Part shown: in pieces, positions 48,540 to 58,150 of the stretch | How positions within the stretch are numbered: position 1 is the stretch's first letter | Layout of the letters: each line of letters starts with the position of its first letter | From: Dehalococcoidia bacterium | GTDB lineage: Bacteria > Chloroflexota > Dehalococcoidia > Bin125 | Length of the DNA stretch: 64,000 nucleotides | Direction: 5' to 3' | Assembly: GCA_963555985.3 (NCBI GenBank) | Contig: OY820591.1 | Location: 1,440,001 to 1,504,000, forward strand | Program-made: the position numbers and the translations under genes | The notes under the pieces: model-generated | The model's database searches: none | Told to the model about the DNA's origin: nothing | The model's input: only the letters and a program-made list of their open reading frames with translations

Positions 48540-49379
48540 GTGAGCGGACGCCGACGGCGAGCGCGCCTGGGCCAGCATCTACTCCGCGATCAGCGCGTCC
48601 TCGAACGAATCGTTGAGGCAATACCCGACGATGCTCTGCCCCTGCTCGAAATCGGCGCAGGGGACGGTGTGTTGACCGCTCACCTAGCTCGTCTGCAACG
48701 CCCCCTGGTCGCAGTCGAACTCGATCCCGGCATGGCTCAGCGGGCGCGGCGGCGGCTCCAGGGCGAGGGTGTCGACAGTAGCGCGATCGTGCTCGAAGGC
48801 GACATTCTGGACACCGATCCCGACGAAGCGCTCGCGGCCGTTGCGGTTCGACCGCCCTATGGTCTGGTGGGAAATCTCCCCTACGCGATCACCGCCCTGA
48901 TCTTCCGCAAGTTTCTGGAGCGCGAAACGAGCCGCCCGGAATGGATGCTCGTGATGACGCAACTGGAGGTTGCGCAACGTGTCACAGCCGCAGCCGGCAA
49001 GTTGTCGCTGTTGAGCGTCTCGGTCCAGTTCTACGCCGAGCCGGAGCTGTTGTTCACCGTCGAGCGCGAATCGTTCTCGCCGCCCCCGCAGGTGCGATCG
49101 GCGGTGATGCTGCTGCGGGTTCGACCGGGGCCGGCGGTTGACGTTCCCAGCGTGGAGCGCTTTTTCGAGGTCGTTCGCGCAGGCTTTCGCAGTCCGCGCA
49201 AGCAGCTCCACAACGCCCTCTCGCAGGGCGTCTGGACCGGCCCGGAGGGAGCGACGCCCTGGCTGGAGGCGTGTGAGATCGATCCGACTCGCCGGCCGGG
49301 AACGCTGACGCTGGAAGAGTGGACGCGCTTGGCCTGGTGGCGCGAGCGCCAGTTCGATACGAACGAGGCGGCGTCATGA
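48540..49379 (+). CDS. rsmA: 16S rRNA m6,2A dimethyltransferase KsgA
   Basis: LGQH.L, LEIG.G.G.LT, AVELD, GNLPY.IT, Q.EVA.R, F.P.P.V.S, F...RKQL.N. GTG 48540 chosen because the longer ORF overlaps the SRP RNA. Confidence 0.93.
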   Translation: MSGRRRRARLGQHLLRDQRVLERIVEAIPDDALPLLEIGAGDGVLTAHLARLQRPLVAVELDPGMAQRARRRLQGEGVDSSAIVLEGDILDTDPDEALAAVAVRPPYGLVGNLPYAITALIFRKFLERETSRPEWMLVMTQLEVAQRVTAAAGKLSLLSVSVQFYAEPELLFTVERESFSPPPQVRSAVMLLRVRPGPAVDVPSVERFFEVVRAGFRSPRKQLHNALSQGVWTGPEGATPWLEACEIDPTRRPGTLTLEEWTRLAWWRERQFDTNEAAS

Positions 49380-50314
49380 GCGCGGCGCTCTGCACACGAG
49401 CGGCAGCCAAGCTCAATTTGACGCTGGAGGTACAAGGCCGCCGCCCGGATGGTTTCCATAATCTCGCATCGGTGGCGACCTCGCTCGACCTATTCGACGA
49501 CGTGAGCTTGCGTCCGGCAGACGAACGCAGCGTCCGCTATATCGATGAGCGGGGTCGCCCGGTCTCGATCCTGACAGACGACGACATCATCCTGCGCGCT
49601 TGGGATGAACTTGAGCGACGCACCGGCGTACGGCACGGCGGCGCGGTGGACGTAGTGAAACGGATTCCGGTCAGCGCCGGTCTGGGCGGCGGCTCGACCG
49701 ACGCAGCCGCTTTTCTGCGGCTGGCGCGCGCCGCCTGGGACTTGCCCTTTACCGACGATGAATTGATCGACGTAGGCGCAGCGATCGGCTCCGACGTACC
49801 GGCCTGCCTCACCGGCGGCATGGTTCGTATGGATGACCGCGGCGAACGCATTACGCCGCTCAAAGCTCCAGCCTCGGCGCTTGCCGGATGGTCTGCGTTC
49901 ATCTTCACCCCCGAGATCCCGGTGCCTGACGCGAAGACGGCGGCGATGTACCGCTCGCTGCGACCGACCGATTTCCGCTCCGGGGAAGCTACGGACACCC
50001 TGTTCGCCTCGCTCAAAGAAGGTCGGCCTCCAACCCAAGACGACTGCGTGAACTCGTTCGACGCCGTCGCCCGAGAAGTGATGCAAGGACTCACCGCCGC
50101 CTGGCGCAGGATGGGCGCGGCGGTCGGTTGGGCCTGTCACTATGCGCGCGTGGACTCACCGATTCCGCTCCTCGCCGGCGCCGGCCCGTCAATGTTCGCG
50201 ATCGTGCCTTCGCAAATCGCGCTCGCGGCGCTGGATGACCTGAGCAGCGGAGGATTCGTCTACGCAGCCAGACCGCTCCCACGCGAAGAGGCTGTCGCCG
50301 TTTGGGAGTGCTGA
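49376..50314 (+). CDS. ispE: 4-diphosphocytidyl-2-C-methyl-D-erythritol kinase
   Basis: AKLNL.L.V.GRR.DGFH, KRIP..AGLGGGS.DAA, IGSDVP, L.G.GP. Confidence 0.92.
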   Translation: MSAALCTRAAAKLNLTLEVQGRRPDGFHNLASVATSLDLFDDVSLRPADERSVRYIDERGRPVSILTDDDIILRAWDELERRTGVRHGGAVDVVKRIPVSAGLGGGSTDAAAFLRLARAAWDLPFTDDELIDVGAAIGSDVPACLTGGMVRMDDRGERITPLKAPASALAGWSAFIFTPEIPVPDAKTAAMYRSLRPTDFRSGEATDTLFASLKEGRPPTQDDCVNSFDAVAREVMQGLTAAWRRMGAAVGWACHYARVDSPIPLLAGAGPSMFAIVPSQIALAALDDLSSGGFVYAARPLPREEAVAVWEC

Positions 50315-50315
50315 C

Positions 50316-50732
50316 GTGGACGCGGTCGCGGCGCTGTTTTCAGGATTCGTCAGCGGCGCAGCGGTCGGCGTGCTGGGATTGGGGATTCTCGGTCCGCTGC
50401 TCGTGACTGTGCCGACCACGAATCGGCTGCGCCGCGCATTTCCGGATCCGTCCAACTGGGTGATGGTCAGTCTCGGTCTGGCCTTGGTCGGGCAGGCGGG
50501 CTGCGCCGTCTTGGGCATGATCCTGGGGGCGGCGCTCCTCAGCCTGGGCCGCACCTCACCCGGTCTGGGCAGTCCGTCCTGGATGTTCACAACGGCGGTC
50601 TTGGCGGTCGTGGCCGGATTCGCGCTGGCGGCGATCGTCTGGCAACCGACCCTGCTCAAGCGGGTGCTCCTGCTTGCTCTGCTGACAGCGGGAGCGTTCG
50701 GCTGGATGCTGCCGCATCTAGCTTCGGCTTGA
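50316..50732 (+). CDS. Hypothetical integral membrane protein (about 4 TM helices)
   Basis: Hydrophobic segments throughout; starts 1 nt after the ispE stop. Confidence 0.75.
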   Translation: MDAVAALFSGFVSGAAVGVLGLGILGPLLVTVPTTNRLRRAFPDPSNWVMVSLGLALVGQAGCAVLGMILGAALLSLGRTSPGLGSPSWMFTTAVLAVVAGFALAAIVWQPTLLKRVLLLALLTAGAFGWMLPHLASA

Positions 50733-50823
50733 CTGAACGGATCGAATCGGCGCGTATACTCGATTCACAGATCTAGTCACGGCGCTGGAATTCCCCCGCT
50801 GCGCCCTTGAAGTTGGAGACTTC

Positions 50824-51558
50824 ATGGACCCTCAGTCCATGCCCGGAACGATCCTCGACGCCCACATTCACACCGTTCGCGGCGCAGCCGACAGCGCGCT
50901 CCAGCCGGACGACCTGCTCGCCGAAGCTCAGCGCATCAGCCTCTCCGGGGTCAACCTGACCGAGCACGATCGCGTCTGGGAACGCTACGACTGGAACAAG
51001 TTTCGCAACGAAATGTCCGACGCCGGGATCTACCTCAACCAAGGGATGGAGGTCTCGACCGATCTGGGCCACATCGTCGTGTTTGGGATCGACCAGTATT
51101 ACGCCGGAATTCGATCCGCCGAGCGGCTGCGTGAAGTCTGCGACGAGATCGGTGCATTCATGTCGGTGGCGCACCCATTCCGCCACTTTTTCGATCCGGT
51201 CACGTTCCGGCGCAAAGGCGAAGAGCCGTTCTCGATGACGCCTGAAGAGGCTGCCGAGAAGATGCATGTGTTCCAGGTCGTGCATGGGATCGAAGTCGGC
51301 AACGGCGGCAACACGAGACGAGAGAACCTGTTCGCGTTGGAGGTCGCACGCATCCTCAACAAACCGGTGACAGGCGGCTCCGACGCGCACTCGACCTCGG
51401 GCATCGGAAGCTACACGACCGTCTTCCCGGAGCCGCTGACCTGCCGCGAGCAAACCGTGCAGTTGCTCCACGACCGCGCCACCGTCTGCTACGAGGGCCT
51501 CAACATCGGTGAGTTCCGACCCTTCGAACCCTGCACCGAGGACGGGCCGGCAGGCTAA
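50824..51558 (+). CDS. PHP-domain metallophosphoesterase
   Basis: DAHIHT, LTEHD, GMEVST..GH, AHPFR, IEV.NG, GGSDAH. Confidence 0.9.
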   Translation: MDPQSMPGTILDAHIHTVRGAADSALQPDDLLAEAQRISLSGVNLTEHDRVWERYDWNKFRNEMSDAGIYLNQGMEVSTDLGHIVVFGIDQYYAGIRSAERLREVCDEIGAFMSVAHPFRHFFDPVTFRRKGEEPFSMTPEEAAEKMHVFQVVHGIEVGNGGNTRRENLFALEVARILNKPVTGGSDAHSTSGIGSYTTVFPEPLTCREQTVQLLHDRATVCYEGLNIGEFRPFEPCTEDGPAG

Positions 51559-51586
51559 GCCGGCGTTGAAACGACGGGCTGCGCCG

Positions 51587-54343
51587 GTGAGCGCTGAGGT
51601 CTACGCAGCCATCGACTTGGAGATGACCGGGCTCAAGCCGCGCTCCGACGAGATCATCGAGATCGGCGTCGTGCGCTGTACCCCGGAGCGCGTGCTCGAG
51701 CGCTGGAGCACACTGGTGCGCCCAGAGCGGATGCCGCCGCTGCGCGTCCAACGGATGACCGGGATCACGCCGGAGCTGCTGAAAGGCGCGCCCCGCTTCG
51801 AGGAGGTCGAGCCGAAACTGCGCTCCTTGCTCAGCGATGTTGGCCTGATCGGTCATAATGTCGCGTTTGACGAGTCGTTCCTCGAGGTCGTTGACGTACG
51901 CGCGACGCTTCCATCAACCGACACCCTGCTGCTGGCGCAGATCGTGGATCCGGCGGCTCCATCGCACCGGCTCGGTGACCTCTGCACGCGCTACGGGATT
52001 GACCTGGACGACGCCCATCGCGCATTGGCCGACGCAGAGGCGTCGAGGCGGTTGCTGCTCGCGCTGCGCGAGCGCTTCGCTCAACTTCCGTCTGCGGCGC
52101 GGCGCGCCCTTACGGAGTTGGCACTCTCACTTGGGATGCTCTGGCCGCCCGGGTCGATCCTGCTCGAGTGGGCGGAGGGCTTGCCTGTCAGCGAGCGCCA
52201 ACTGTCTCAGAGACGGCAGCCGTATGCGTCCGAGCCGGCGCGTGTGCCGCTGCCTCGCGGATCGCTGGCCGACCTGACCGAGCAGGCGTTTCAATCAATC
52301 GGCAACAACGAGTTTGAGCAGCGCAGCGAGCAGCTCTCGATGGCGCGCGATGTGGCGAATGCGTTGCAAACCGGCGGACCCGCAATCGTGGAAGCCGGGA
52401 CAGGCACTGGAAAATCCCTCGCCTATCTCGTGCCTGCTGCGCTCTGGGCGCTCAAGACCGGCAACCGCGTGGGCGTGAGCACGCACACGATCAACCTCCA
52501 GCAGCAGTTAGAAAACAAGGACATTCCGATGGCGCGGCGCTTGATCGCCGGCGTCTCAGCGGAAGCCAGCGAACTGTTGCAAGCCGTCGTTGTCAAAGGC
52601 CGCGGCAACTACCTCTGCCGCCGAAAGCTGCGAACGGAGCTCGGCCGCGCGGCTCAGTGGACAGACCCGAAGCTGCTCGCACGAGCCGTCGTCTGGGAGG
52701 CGCTCACGGAACGCGGCGATCGTGCGGAGCTACGCTTGCCCGCTCCGGAACTCGCAGCCTGGGAGCGGCTATCGGCGGCCTCAACGACCTGCCTGATTGA
52801 CGGCTGCCCATTCGTTGGGGACGGATCTTGTTTTCTCAGCCGCACCCGCGATCAAGCTTCAGAGGCGCACATCGTCGTCGCCAATCACGCCCTGCTCGTC
52901 TCCAACCTGGTCTACGGATCGGCCACGTTGCCCGATACCCCAGTCGTGATCGTCGACGAGGCGCACGCGCTCGAAGATGTTGCGACCGACCAACTGTCCG
53001 CAGTGATGAATGAAGCCTGGGTGCGGGAAGGCTTGGAGCGAGCGAGCCAGTCCGAATTCGCCGCAGAAGCTGCGCAGGTCGCGCCAGCCCAAGCGGACGC
53101 GCTGGCCTCCGCAATCGCGAGCGCCGAGCGACCCTTGCACACGCTCTACGACCGACTCGGAGGATTCGCCTCGACTCACTCCCAGGACTCGTTCGGCGGG
53201 GCCGACCAAGTGACGCTTACTCAAGGGGCGCGCAACAACCCCGCCTGGTCAGAGATTGAGGAAGCGTCCGAGCACGCCGCGCTTGCGCTTGCGCAAGCGG
53301 CCCAAGCAGCGGAAGCGTTGCAGGCGGAACTCGAGTTGGAGTTGCTTGATGCGAAAGAGGCGGAGCGCCAGAAGATCATCACCCTCGCAATCGAGGCGCG
53401 AGAGTTGGGGGCCGACTTGCGGGAGCGCATCGATCGGCTGCATCAAACACTGACCGCCCGCTCCGACGAGGAGATTGCCTGGATCCGGCGGGAGCGGCGG
53501 AAGTCGGGCGAGGCAGCCGTGCATTCGGCACCTTTGAGCGTGGCCGAGCATCTGCTTCCGCTCTGGACCGAGACTCATTCGGCAGTCTTGACCGGGGCCA
53601 CGCTGGCCACAGGTCCGGTCGCCGAAGGCGGCTTCGCATATCTCGCGGAGCGACTTGGAGTTGAAGACGCAGCCGAGTCTCAATACGGATCGCCGTTTGA
53701 CTACGAACGAGCCTGCCGGATCTATCTCCCGGACGATGCGTTGGACGCCGACGATCCCAGGCACAACGAGGCGGTCGGACACGCGGTTGCCCGGCTCGCA
53801 GCGGCGGCCGGCGGCCGCACGATGGCGCTCTTCCGCTCCTACTCGGCGCTGCGTCAAGTCGCCCGGATCGCAGAACCGCTCTTGGAAGAATCCGGGCTCG
53901 TGTTAGCGGCGCAGGGACGCGATGGATCGCCGGCGCGAATCGTAGACGCGCTCCGTGCCGATCGGTGCACCGTCGCCTTTGGCGTAGCTTCCCTCTGGAC
54001 GGGGATCGATGTCCCCGGCGATGCCTTGTCTCTGCTCATCATCACGCGCCTCCCCTTCGCCCCCCCGAGCGATCCTGTGCTTCAGGCGCGCGGTGAGCTA
54101 TACGAGAATGAGTTCATGGAATTCGCGCTCCCGGCCGCGGTGCTCCAGTTTCGCCAGGGCTTCGGACGCTTGCTGCGCACGCGATCGGACCGGGGCGCAG
54201 TCGCCGTACTCGATCGCCGCATCGCTACCCGTCGCTATGGAGGCCAATTTCTACGTGCCCTTCCGCCCGCGCCCGTGTCCAGGATGCCAATTGAAGCGAT
54301 CGCCGCTGAACTGCGCGAGTTCCTGCCCCCGAACCGAGGATGA
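51587..54343 (+). CDS. dinG: DnaQ-family exonuclease fused to DinG-family helicase
   Basis: DEDDh motifs IDLEMTG, GHNV.FD, HRAL.DA; helicase motifs EAGTGTGKS, KGR.NYLC, DEAH, L.GATL, GID.PG, QG.GRL.R...DRG. Confidence 0.92.
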   Translation: MSAEVYAAIDLEMTGLKPRSDEIIEIGVVRCTPERVLERWSTLVRPERMPPLRVQRMTGITPELLKGAPRFEEVEPKLRSLLSDVGLIGHNVAFDESFLEVVDVRATLPSTDTLLLAQIVDPAAPSHRLGDLCTRYGIDLDDAHRALADAEASRRLLLALRERFAQLPSAARRALTELALSLGMLWPPGSILLEWAEGLPVSERQLSQRRQPYASEPARVPLPRGSLADLTEQAFQSIGNNEFEQRSEQLSMARDVANALQTGGPAIVEAGTGTGKSLAYLVPAALWALKTGNRVGVSTHTINLQQQLENKDIPMARRLIAGVSAEASELLQAVVVKGRGNYLCRRKLRTELGRAAQWTDPKLLARAVVWEALTERGDRAELRLPAPELAAWERLSAASTTCLIDGCPFVGDGSCFLSRTRDQASEAHIVVANHALLVSNLVYGSATLPDTPVVIVDEAHALEDVATDQLSAVMNEAWVREGLERASQSEFAAEAAQVAPAQADALASAIASAERPLHTLYDRLGGFASTHSQDSFGGADQVTLTQGARNNPAWSEIEEASEHAALALAQAAQAAEALQAELELELLDAKEAERQKIITLAIEARELGADLRERIDRLHQTLTARSDEEIAWIRRERRKSGEAAVHSAPLSVAEHLLPLWTETHSAVLTGATLATGPVAEGGFAYLAERLGVEDAAESQYGSPFDYERACRIYLPDDALDADDPRHNEAVGHAVARLAAAAGGRTMALFRSYSALRQVARIAEPLLEESGLVLAAQGRDGSPARIVDALRADRCTVAFGVASLWTGIDVPGDALSLLIITRLPFAPPSDPVLQARGELYENEFMEFALPAAVLQFRQGFGRLLRTRSDRGAVAVLDRRIATRRYGGQFLRALPPAPVSRMPIEAIAAELREFLPPNRG

Positions 54344-54879
54344 ACATGGCCGTCCCGCTTCACCATTGGCCGTCGCGCATCGAGGGCGAACGGACGTCAA
54401 TCGCCGCCGTTCGAGCCGAGGAGATCGTTGCCGACTGGCTGGACGAAGCAGCACAGGCAGTCGCAGGTCGCGGAACGCCGTGTCGCCTCCAGGAGCGCCT
54501 TGACGACGGCGACTCCGCGTTCTGGATCTATCCGGCGGAAGGGGCTAGCCAAGCGGTAGGCGCGCTGAGTGGGCGCTTGGCGGATATCGGCGGCGCGCAA
54601 GTCCTGGTCTGGACTTGGCTGGCAGTCGCGGCTGATTGGCGGCACTACGGCTACGGCGGCGCGTCGGTGCCGTTGTTCGAGCGTGCGGCGAGTGAACTTG
54701 GCGCAGAATCGGCGCTCGCCCCGCTGCCGCCGGACAACGGCGTCGCGCTCTACTTCTGGCTGCGTTTGGGTTATGTGCCTCTCCGCGAGCCCGAGCTGCT
54801 GCCGTCCGAACCGCCAACCGGTGTCGCACGAGACGCAATCTGGATGCACCGCTCGTTGGGATCGCCAGAGCGCCGGTAG
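54340..54879 (+). CDS. GNAT-like acetyltransferase domain protein
   Basis: LAV..DWR.YGYG (motif A) and N..ALYFW.RLGY (motif B). Confidence 0.7.
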   Translation: MNMAVPLHHWPSRIEGERTSIAAVRAEEIVADWLDEAAQAVAGRGTPCRLQERLDDGDSAFWIYPAEGASQAVGALSGRLADIGGAQVLVWTWLAVAADWRHYGYGGASVPLFERAASELGAESALAPLPPDNGVALYFWLRLGYVPLREPELLPSEPPTGVARDAIWMHRSLGSPERR

Positions 54880-54908
54880 GCTGAAATCAGCATCTGAGGA
54901 GGTCGTCG

Positions 54909-55328
54909 ATGTCGTTGGTGATACCGGACGAGATTCATGCACGAGTCAATGCAGCCTTGGACGAGGGCTTTCCCCTCTCCATGATGGCCGTGAGCGCGGA
55001 CGGCGAACCTGTGGTCAGCTTCCGCGGCAGCACCCAGACCTTCGGCGACGATGCGCTCGCCGTCTGGGTACGGGGCGAGCCATCCTCAACCCTGACCGCG
55101 ATTGCCGCCAATCCCTCCGTCGCGGTCGTCTACACAAACATGCCCGCGCGCAAATTCTGGATCTTCCGCGGCCAAGCCCGGGTCACCACCGACCCCGGCG
55201 ACCGCGATGCGATCTGGGAAGGCCAGCACGCCCTCGAAAAGTCGCGCGATCCGGATCGCACCGGGGTCGCAGTCGTGATCGACCTCGACAGCGTCCAGGG
55301 CAGCGGCGTCAATCTCAGCCGCGACTAA
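54909..55328 (+). CDS. Pyridoxamine 5'-phosphate oxidase family (FMN/F420 split-barrel) protein
   Basis: VSADGEP.VS.RGS, I..NP.V.V, F.G.ARV..D...R..IW. Confidence 0.8.
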   Translation: MSLVIPDEIHARVNAALDEGFPLSMMAVSADGEPVVSFRGSTQTFGDDALAVWVRGEPSSTLTAIAANPSVAVVYTNMPARKFWIFRGQARVTTDPGDRDAIWEGQHALEKSRDPDRTGVAVVIDLDSVQGSGVNLSRD

Positions 55329-55618
55329 CGCCGCTCACGCCGACGCTGCATCCAGGTTCGGCTGAGCCGACCAGCCCCAAGTCCCGCCCCCAACACGCCG
55401 AACCAGAGCGCAATCGTTTCGACGATCCCGCCAACCTGCGTCAGCGTCGCGCCGAGCCAGATTCCCAGACAGAGCGCAGTCACGACCCCAACCGTGGGCC
55501 GCCACCACGGCCTGACCGGCTCGGCCGGAATGCGCATGTTCGTCGCCGATCCGACGCTTGCTGGCGCATCAGTGTCGAGGCGTCTTCGGCGCCGTCGGCG
55601 TGGACGTGCTCGCGGCAT
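55325..55618 (-). CDS. Small membrane protein (2 TM helices, Arg-rich N-terminus)
   Basis: Two hydrophobic helices; starts 2 nt after the upstream gene's stop. Confidence 0.6.
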   Translation of the reverse strand: MPRARPRRRRRRRLDTDAPASVGSATNMRIPAEPVRPWWRPTVGVVTALCLGIWLGATLTQVGGIVETIALWFGVLGAGLGAGRLSRTWMQRRRERR

Positions 55619-55620
55619 GA

Positions 55621-55953
55621 CTAGCGCCGTCGCCTCCGCGCCAGATCGCGCGCCGAGGCGCCCGGAGCCGCTCGGCGGACTCGGCGCGTTTCGGTCTGTG
55701 GGACTTCTTCGGGTTCATGGTTTGAGTCCGCTGCCTGCGGGTTCATCCGCTCGTCGAGACAGCGCCGACAGGCGAACTGGAGCGCCATCACCTCATCGTC
55801 GATCCAGACATCGCCGCAGTCGGGACCTTCAGCCGTAGTAGTGAGTCGAAGGTGGAAATACTCGCCGCAGATGTAGCAGTCGGAGCGTCCGTCGGGCACT
55901 GCCGGATCGCCGCAGACAACGCAAGGGGCGGAATCACTGGAGTCGGTCGTCAT
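55621..55953 (-). CDS. Small Cys-rich putative zinc-finger protein
   Basis: ATG 55953 overlaps the upstream stop (ATGA); CVVC...CYICGEYFH...C...CRRC. Confidence 0.7.
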   Translation of the reverse strand: MTTDSSDSAPCVVCGDPAVPDGRSDCYICGEYFHLRLTTTAEGPDCGDVWIDDEVMALQFACRRCLDERMNPQAADSNHEPEEVPQTETRRVRRAAPGASARDLARRRRR

Positions 55954-57284
55954 CGGCGCTGCTCTGGTACTCGCTTGGCGCGCGCCAGCGCACGTCGCGG
56001 CGGAGAGTCTGGCTTTGATGCTACCCGTTGCTCGATTCGCGCGACAGCGCCGCGATCCTCCGGATCCAGCGCCCGATCCCAGACCGCCTCCGTCAGCCAC
56101 CGCAACCACGCCCCAACCGCAGGCCCGCGCGGAACCCCTAGCTCAATCAGACGAGACGCACGAATCGGCGGCCTGATCGTCGCTCTCCGCTGCTGGTAAT
56201 CGAGCACCGCCCCTTGAGACACGCCCGACCACAGCGACGCGGCTGCATCGAGCGCGGCGGCGTCCATCGTCTCCAGCAGTCGCGCAACCGCCGCCGGCCG
56301 GCGCAGACGCCCCAGTTGCCGCCGCAGTGCCCGCAACCGCGCCCCGTCGTTCAAGGCAGCCTGTTCCCCGCGCTGAAGTGCAATCCGCACTCGCAACTCG
56401 TTCAGGACAGCGCGCGACGGTTCGGTCAGTCCCACGCTTGCCCAGAAATGCTCCGGCGATTGCACAACTCGCACAACACGAGGCGCAACCGACCAGTCTG
56501 GCCAACGCCCCTGCGGGAGCCGCATCCGTTGCGCCTGTCCCAGCGCGCCCGCCCGATCACGCTCGCTCAACAACAGCCGCCAGGCGTCTCCAAAGCGCCC
56601 AGGCGTCAACACCGCCAGGTAATGCCGCTGCTGCCGAACTTCGCTCGCTGTCTCCCGCGACAGACGCCCCTCCAGCCGCGCCGCATAACGCGCTGCCCGA
56701 ATCAACCGCGTCGGATCATCCACGAATGAGCGCGAATGCAGCGTGCGGATCGTCTGGCTGCGAGCATCTTCTGCTGCACCATGTGGATCGAGCAACAGTC
56801 CAGCGTCCGCTCCTGAGAGGACATACGCCGCCGCATTCACCGTGAAGTCGCGCCGCCGCAGATCGGCCAGGATCGGCGCTGGCTCCACCAGGGGCAGCGC
56901 CCCCGGAGCCGAGTAGCGCTCGGCGCGCGTCCGCGCGAGATCGATCCGCCCGCCCAGCTCGTCCGCCAGCCGCACGCTCGCAGTACCGAAGCGGTCATGA
57001 ACGGTCGGCGGCACGGCTCCAAACCGAGCTAGCACCACGTGCAAAGACGACGGATCGCCATCCACCGCCAAGTCAATGTCGGTACCGCCTTCGCTGAGCT
57101 CCACTGGCGGATCGAGCAGCAGATAGTCCCGCACCACCCCTCCCACCAGATAAAGCGGGAGCTCCTCTTCAGTCGCCGCATGACATAACGCTCTCAGCGC
57201 TTCAGCGACACGCTCAGGCAACGCGGCAACGAGTCGCTCCGGCAGAGCGATGTTCGACTCACTCGCTGTCCCGGTCTGCGCCAT
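55950..57284 (-). CDS. cca: tRNA nucleotidyltransferase (class II CCA/A-adding enzyme)
   Basis: YLVGGVVRD.LL, DIDL, RFGTA, DLAR.R.E.Y..PGALP.V, DL.RRDFTVNA, SF.DDPTRL.RA.RY. Confidence 0.88.
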   Translation of the reverse strand: MAQTGTASESNIALPERLVAALPERVAEALRALCHAATEEELPLYLVGGVVRDYLLLDPPVELSEGGTDIDLAVDGDPSSLHVVLARFGAVPPTVHDRFGTASVRLADELGGRIDLARTRAERYSAPGALPLVEPAPILADLRRRDFTVNAAAYVLSGADAGLLLDPHGAAEDARSQTIRTLHSRSFVDDPTRLIRAARYAARLEGRLSRETASEVRQQRHYLAVLTPGRFGDAWRLLLSERDRAGALGQAQRMRLPQGRWPDWSVAPRVVRVVQSPEHFWASVGLTEPSRAVLNELRVRIALQRGEQAALNDGARLRALRRQLGRLRRPAAVARLLETMDAAALDAAASLWSGVSQGAVLDYQQRRATIRPPIRASRLIELGVPRGPAVGAWLRWLTEAVWDRALDPEDRGAVARIEQRVASKPDSPPRRALARAKRVPEQRR

Positions 57285-57351
57285 TCGTCAATGCTCAGGT
57301 GCGTCTTCGTCCACGAGTCGAAGCGATCATTACGTGACGTAACGTTACGAG

Positions 57352-58095
57352 ATGGTCGTGTCACTCCAATCGGAACTGCCTCAAGCCAAGCTCGATCCGT
57401 TGCAGCAGCGAATCGGTTACTGCTTCCGCGATCCTGGACTGCTGCGACAGGCGTTCGTGCACAAGTCTTGGCTGAACGAGATCGATGACTCCGCGCTCGA
57501 GTCGAACGAGCGGCTGGAATTCCTCGGTGATGCCGTCTTGGGAGCCGTGATCGCGCGAGCCCTATTCGAGCGATTCCCGAAGACCACTGAAGGCTGGCTC
57601 ACCGTCTCACGAGCCCAGATCGTCCGCAACCAGACGCTCGCCCGCGTCGCCGCCTCGCTGGATCTCGGTACCTACCTGCTCATCGGAGCCGGGATCGCGA
57701 ACGAAGGCGCCCGCTCACGCCCGCGAGTCCTCAGCCGCACGCTCGAGGCGGTCTTCGGCGCGGTCTGGCTCGACGGTGGCGACAGCGCCGCCCGCGATCT
57801 GATCCTGCGTCTCTTGGCCGGCGAGTTCGAGATGATCAGCGCCGCCGAAATCACCCGCGACGCCAAATCGCAGTTGCAGCACTTCACCCAGGCCGAGTCA
57901 GGGACGATCCCGACCTACGAGATCGTGGACCAATCCGGACCTCCCCACGATCGCCGCTTTCGGGCGCATGTGTCCGTAGACGGCGAAGTGCTGGGCGACG
58001 GCGAAGGCAGGAGCAAACAGGGCGCCGAGATGGCCGCCGCGGAAGTGGCGCTTGGGGCGCTCGGCCTACAGAGCGATTCGGCGGTTGAGCCTTAA
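57352..58095 (+). CDS. rnc: Ribonuclease III
   Basis: A.VH.S, NERLEFLGDAVL, EAVFGAV.LD.G; dsRBD D.KSQLQ, GPPH.R.F, G.G.SK..AE..AA. Confidence 0.96.
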   Translation: MVVSLQSELPQAKLDPLQQRIGYCFRDPGLLRQAFVHKSWLNEIDDSALESNERLEFLGDAVLGAVIARALFERFPKTTEGWLTVSRAQIVRNQTLARVAASLDLGTYLLIGAGIANEGARSRPRVLSRTLEAVFGAVWLDGGDSAARDLILRLLAGEFEMISAAEITRDAKSQLQHFTQAESGTIPTYEIVDQSGPPHDRRFRAHVSVDGEVLGDGEGRSKQGAEMAAAEVALGALGLQSDSAVEP

Positions 58096-58150
58096 GCTCT
58101 AGCTGTTGACCCCGCGCTTGCATTCGACACGCGCGTGAAAGGCGGAGGCG

